Made by a program: the position numbers and the translations under genes. Shown here piece by piece: positions 63,475 to 64,000 of a stretch of DNA of 64,000 bases (its first letter is position 1; each line of letters opens with the position of its first letter). Origin of the DNA: an uncultured Syntrophomonadaceae bacterium (GTDB lineage: Bacteria; Bacillota; Dethiobacteria; DTU022; PWGO01); assembly GCA_964636865.1 (NCBI GenBank), contig CAZWVJ010000001.1:54687-118686 (forward strand), given 5' to 3'. Under the pieces are notes generated by a model. The model saw only the letters and a program-made list of their open reading frames with translations, ran no database searches and was not told the DNA's origin.

Positions 63475-64000
63475 AGGTATAGTCTCCTTAAATTAAATAA
63501 TTGTTTAGGTTAAGAGAACTCCATAAAAACTTTTCTCAAGGGCTCTTGTAACTTTTATTACATTATCACAGTTGTGTTTTTTTTGTCAACTTTCCAATAA
63601 CGAGAGCTACCTCTTTTGTTTGGATGGCTCAAAAAATAAATCAGCCAAAACGCTTACCAAATAAGATCTCAAGCATATTATTTTGTCAATGGTAGAGATA
63701 ATTTCCCGGGTGGTGATTTACGCGTAGAGCCTTAGGGAAAACCCCAAGCCCCAAAATAAGGGAAGATTCCCATAGACCCGGGCAATTTCATCATTTAATC
63801 TTTAATTAAAGGGTAATTAATTTGTGGTGTCATTTGTGAAAGTGAGCTCAAGCTCGAGTATCTTTATTTTAGAATATAGTGTGTAGAGTCAGTAACAATT
63901 ATTAAATTGGTTATCCTGAATCAAATAATCAAATCTTTATAAGTGAGGTGCTTTATAATGAGAAAAGATGTTTTAAAGAACTCATTGGCTCTGACGGCAA

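Overview
Origin-of-replication region of an AT-rich Firmicutes (Clostridia-like) chromosome, followed by housekeeping operons and, from about 50.6 kb, a GC-shifted accessory segment. Core, first half: rplI-rpsR-rpsF on the minus strand; a bipartite oriC with perfect DnaA boxes on both sides of dnaA; then dnaA-dnaN-recF-DUF721-DUF370-gyrB-gyrA. Unusually, the classical rpmH-rnpA-yidD-yidC-jag-mnmE-rsmG-noc-parA-parB block follows on the same (+) strand after gyrA. A biotin-domain-less OadA/PycB-like carboxyltransferase sits at the junction, and mnmG and ssb are absent. A consensus parS lies just after parB. A perfect 32-bp palindrome containing the Noc-binding consensus spans the ychF stop codon. 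Core, second half: adk, DUF951, ychF, a partial ilv/leu cluster (ilvE-ilvD-ilvB-ilvN-leuC-leuD) ending in an EF-G paralogue with degenerate GTPase motifs, then ddl, a class-V aminotransferase, a family-4 UDG overlapping an OmpR/HK two-component pair, argS, serS, two tRNA-Ser, a CuAO-N/SH3b/GH18 hydrolase, tRNA-Arg, and DUF4321-ftsE-ftsX followed by a coiled-coil/DUF3048 fusion protein. These are followed by deoC, a GH5 hydrolase, a PyrE-like PRTase, tadA and tRNA-Ser(CGA). Accessory segment: tRNA-Ser(CGA) is followed by a perfect 20-bp inverted-repeat pair. After that come a DUF763 protein and an orphan PFL-like glycyl radical enzyme with no activase. Next is a markedly G+C-rich surface module on the minus strand: a CWB2-only protein, an LCP-CWB2 protein and an acidic membrane protein. 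A DedA protein, a Zn-ADH and a 2-hydroxyacyl-CoA-dehydratase-like pair complete the window. This segment is punctuated by a recurring GGACACAT / TTAATGTGT motif family and by about 80-bp direct repeats that bracket the GC-rich module. No CRISPR arrays, rRNA genes, transposases or integrases were seen.
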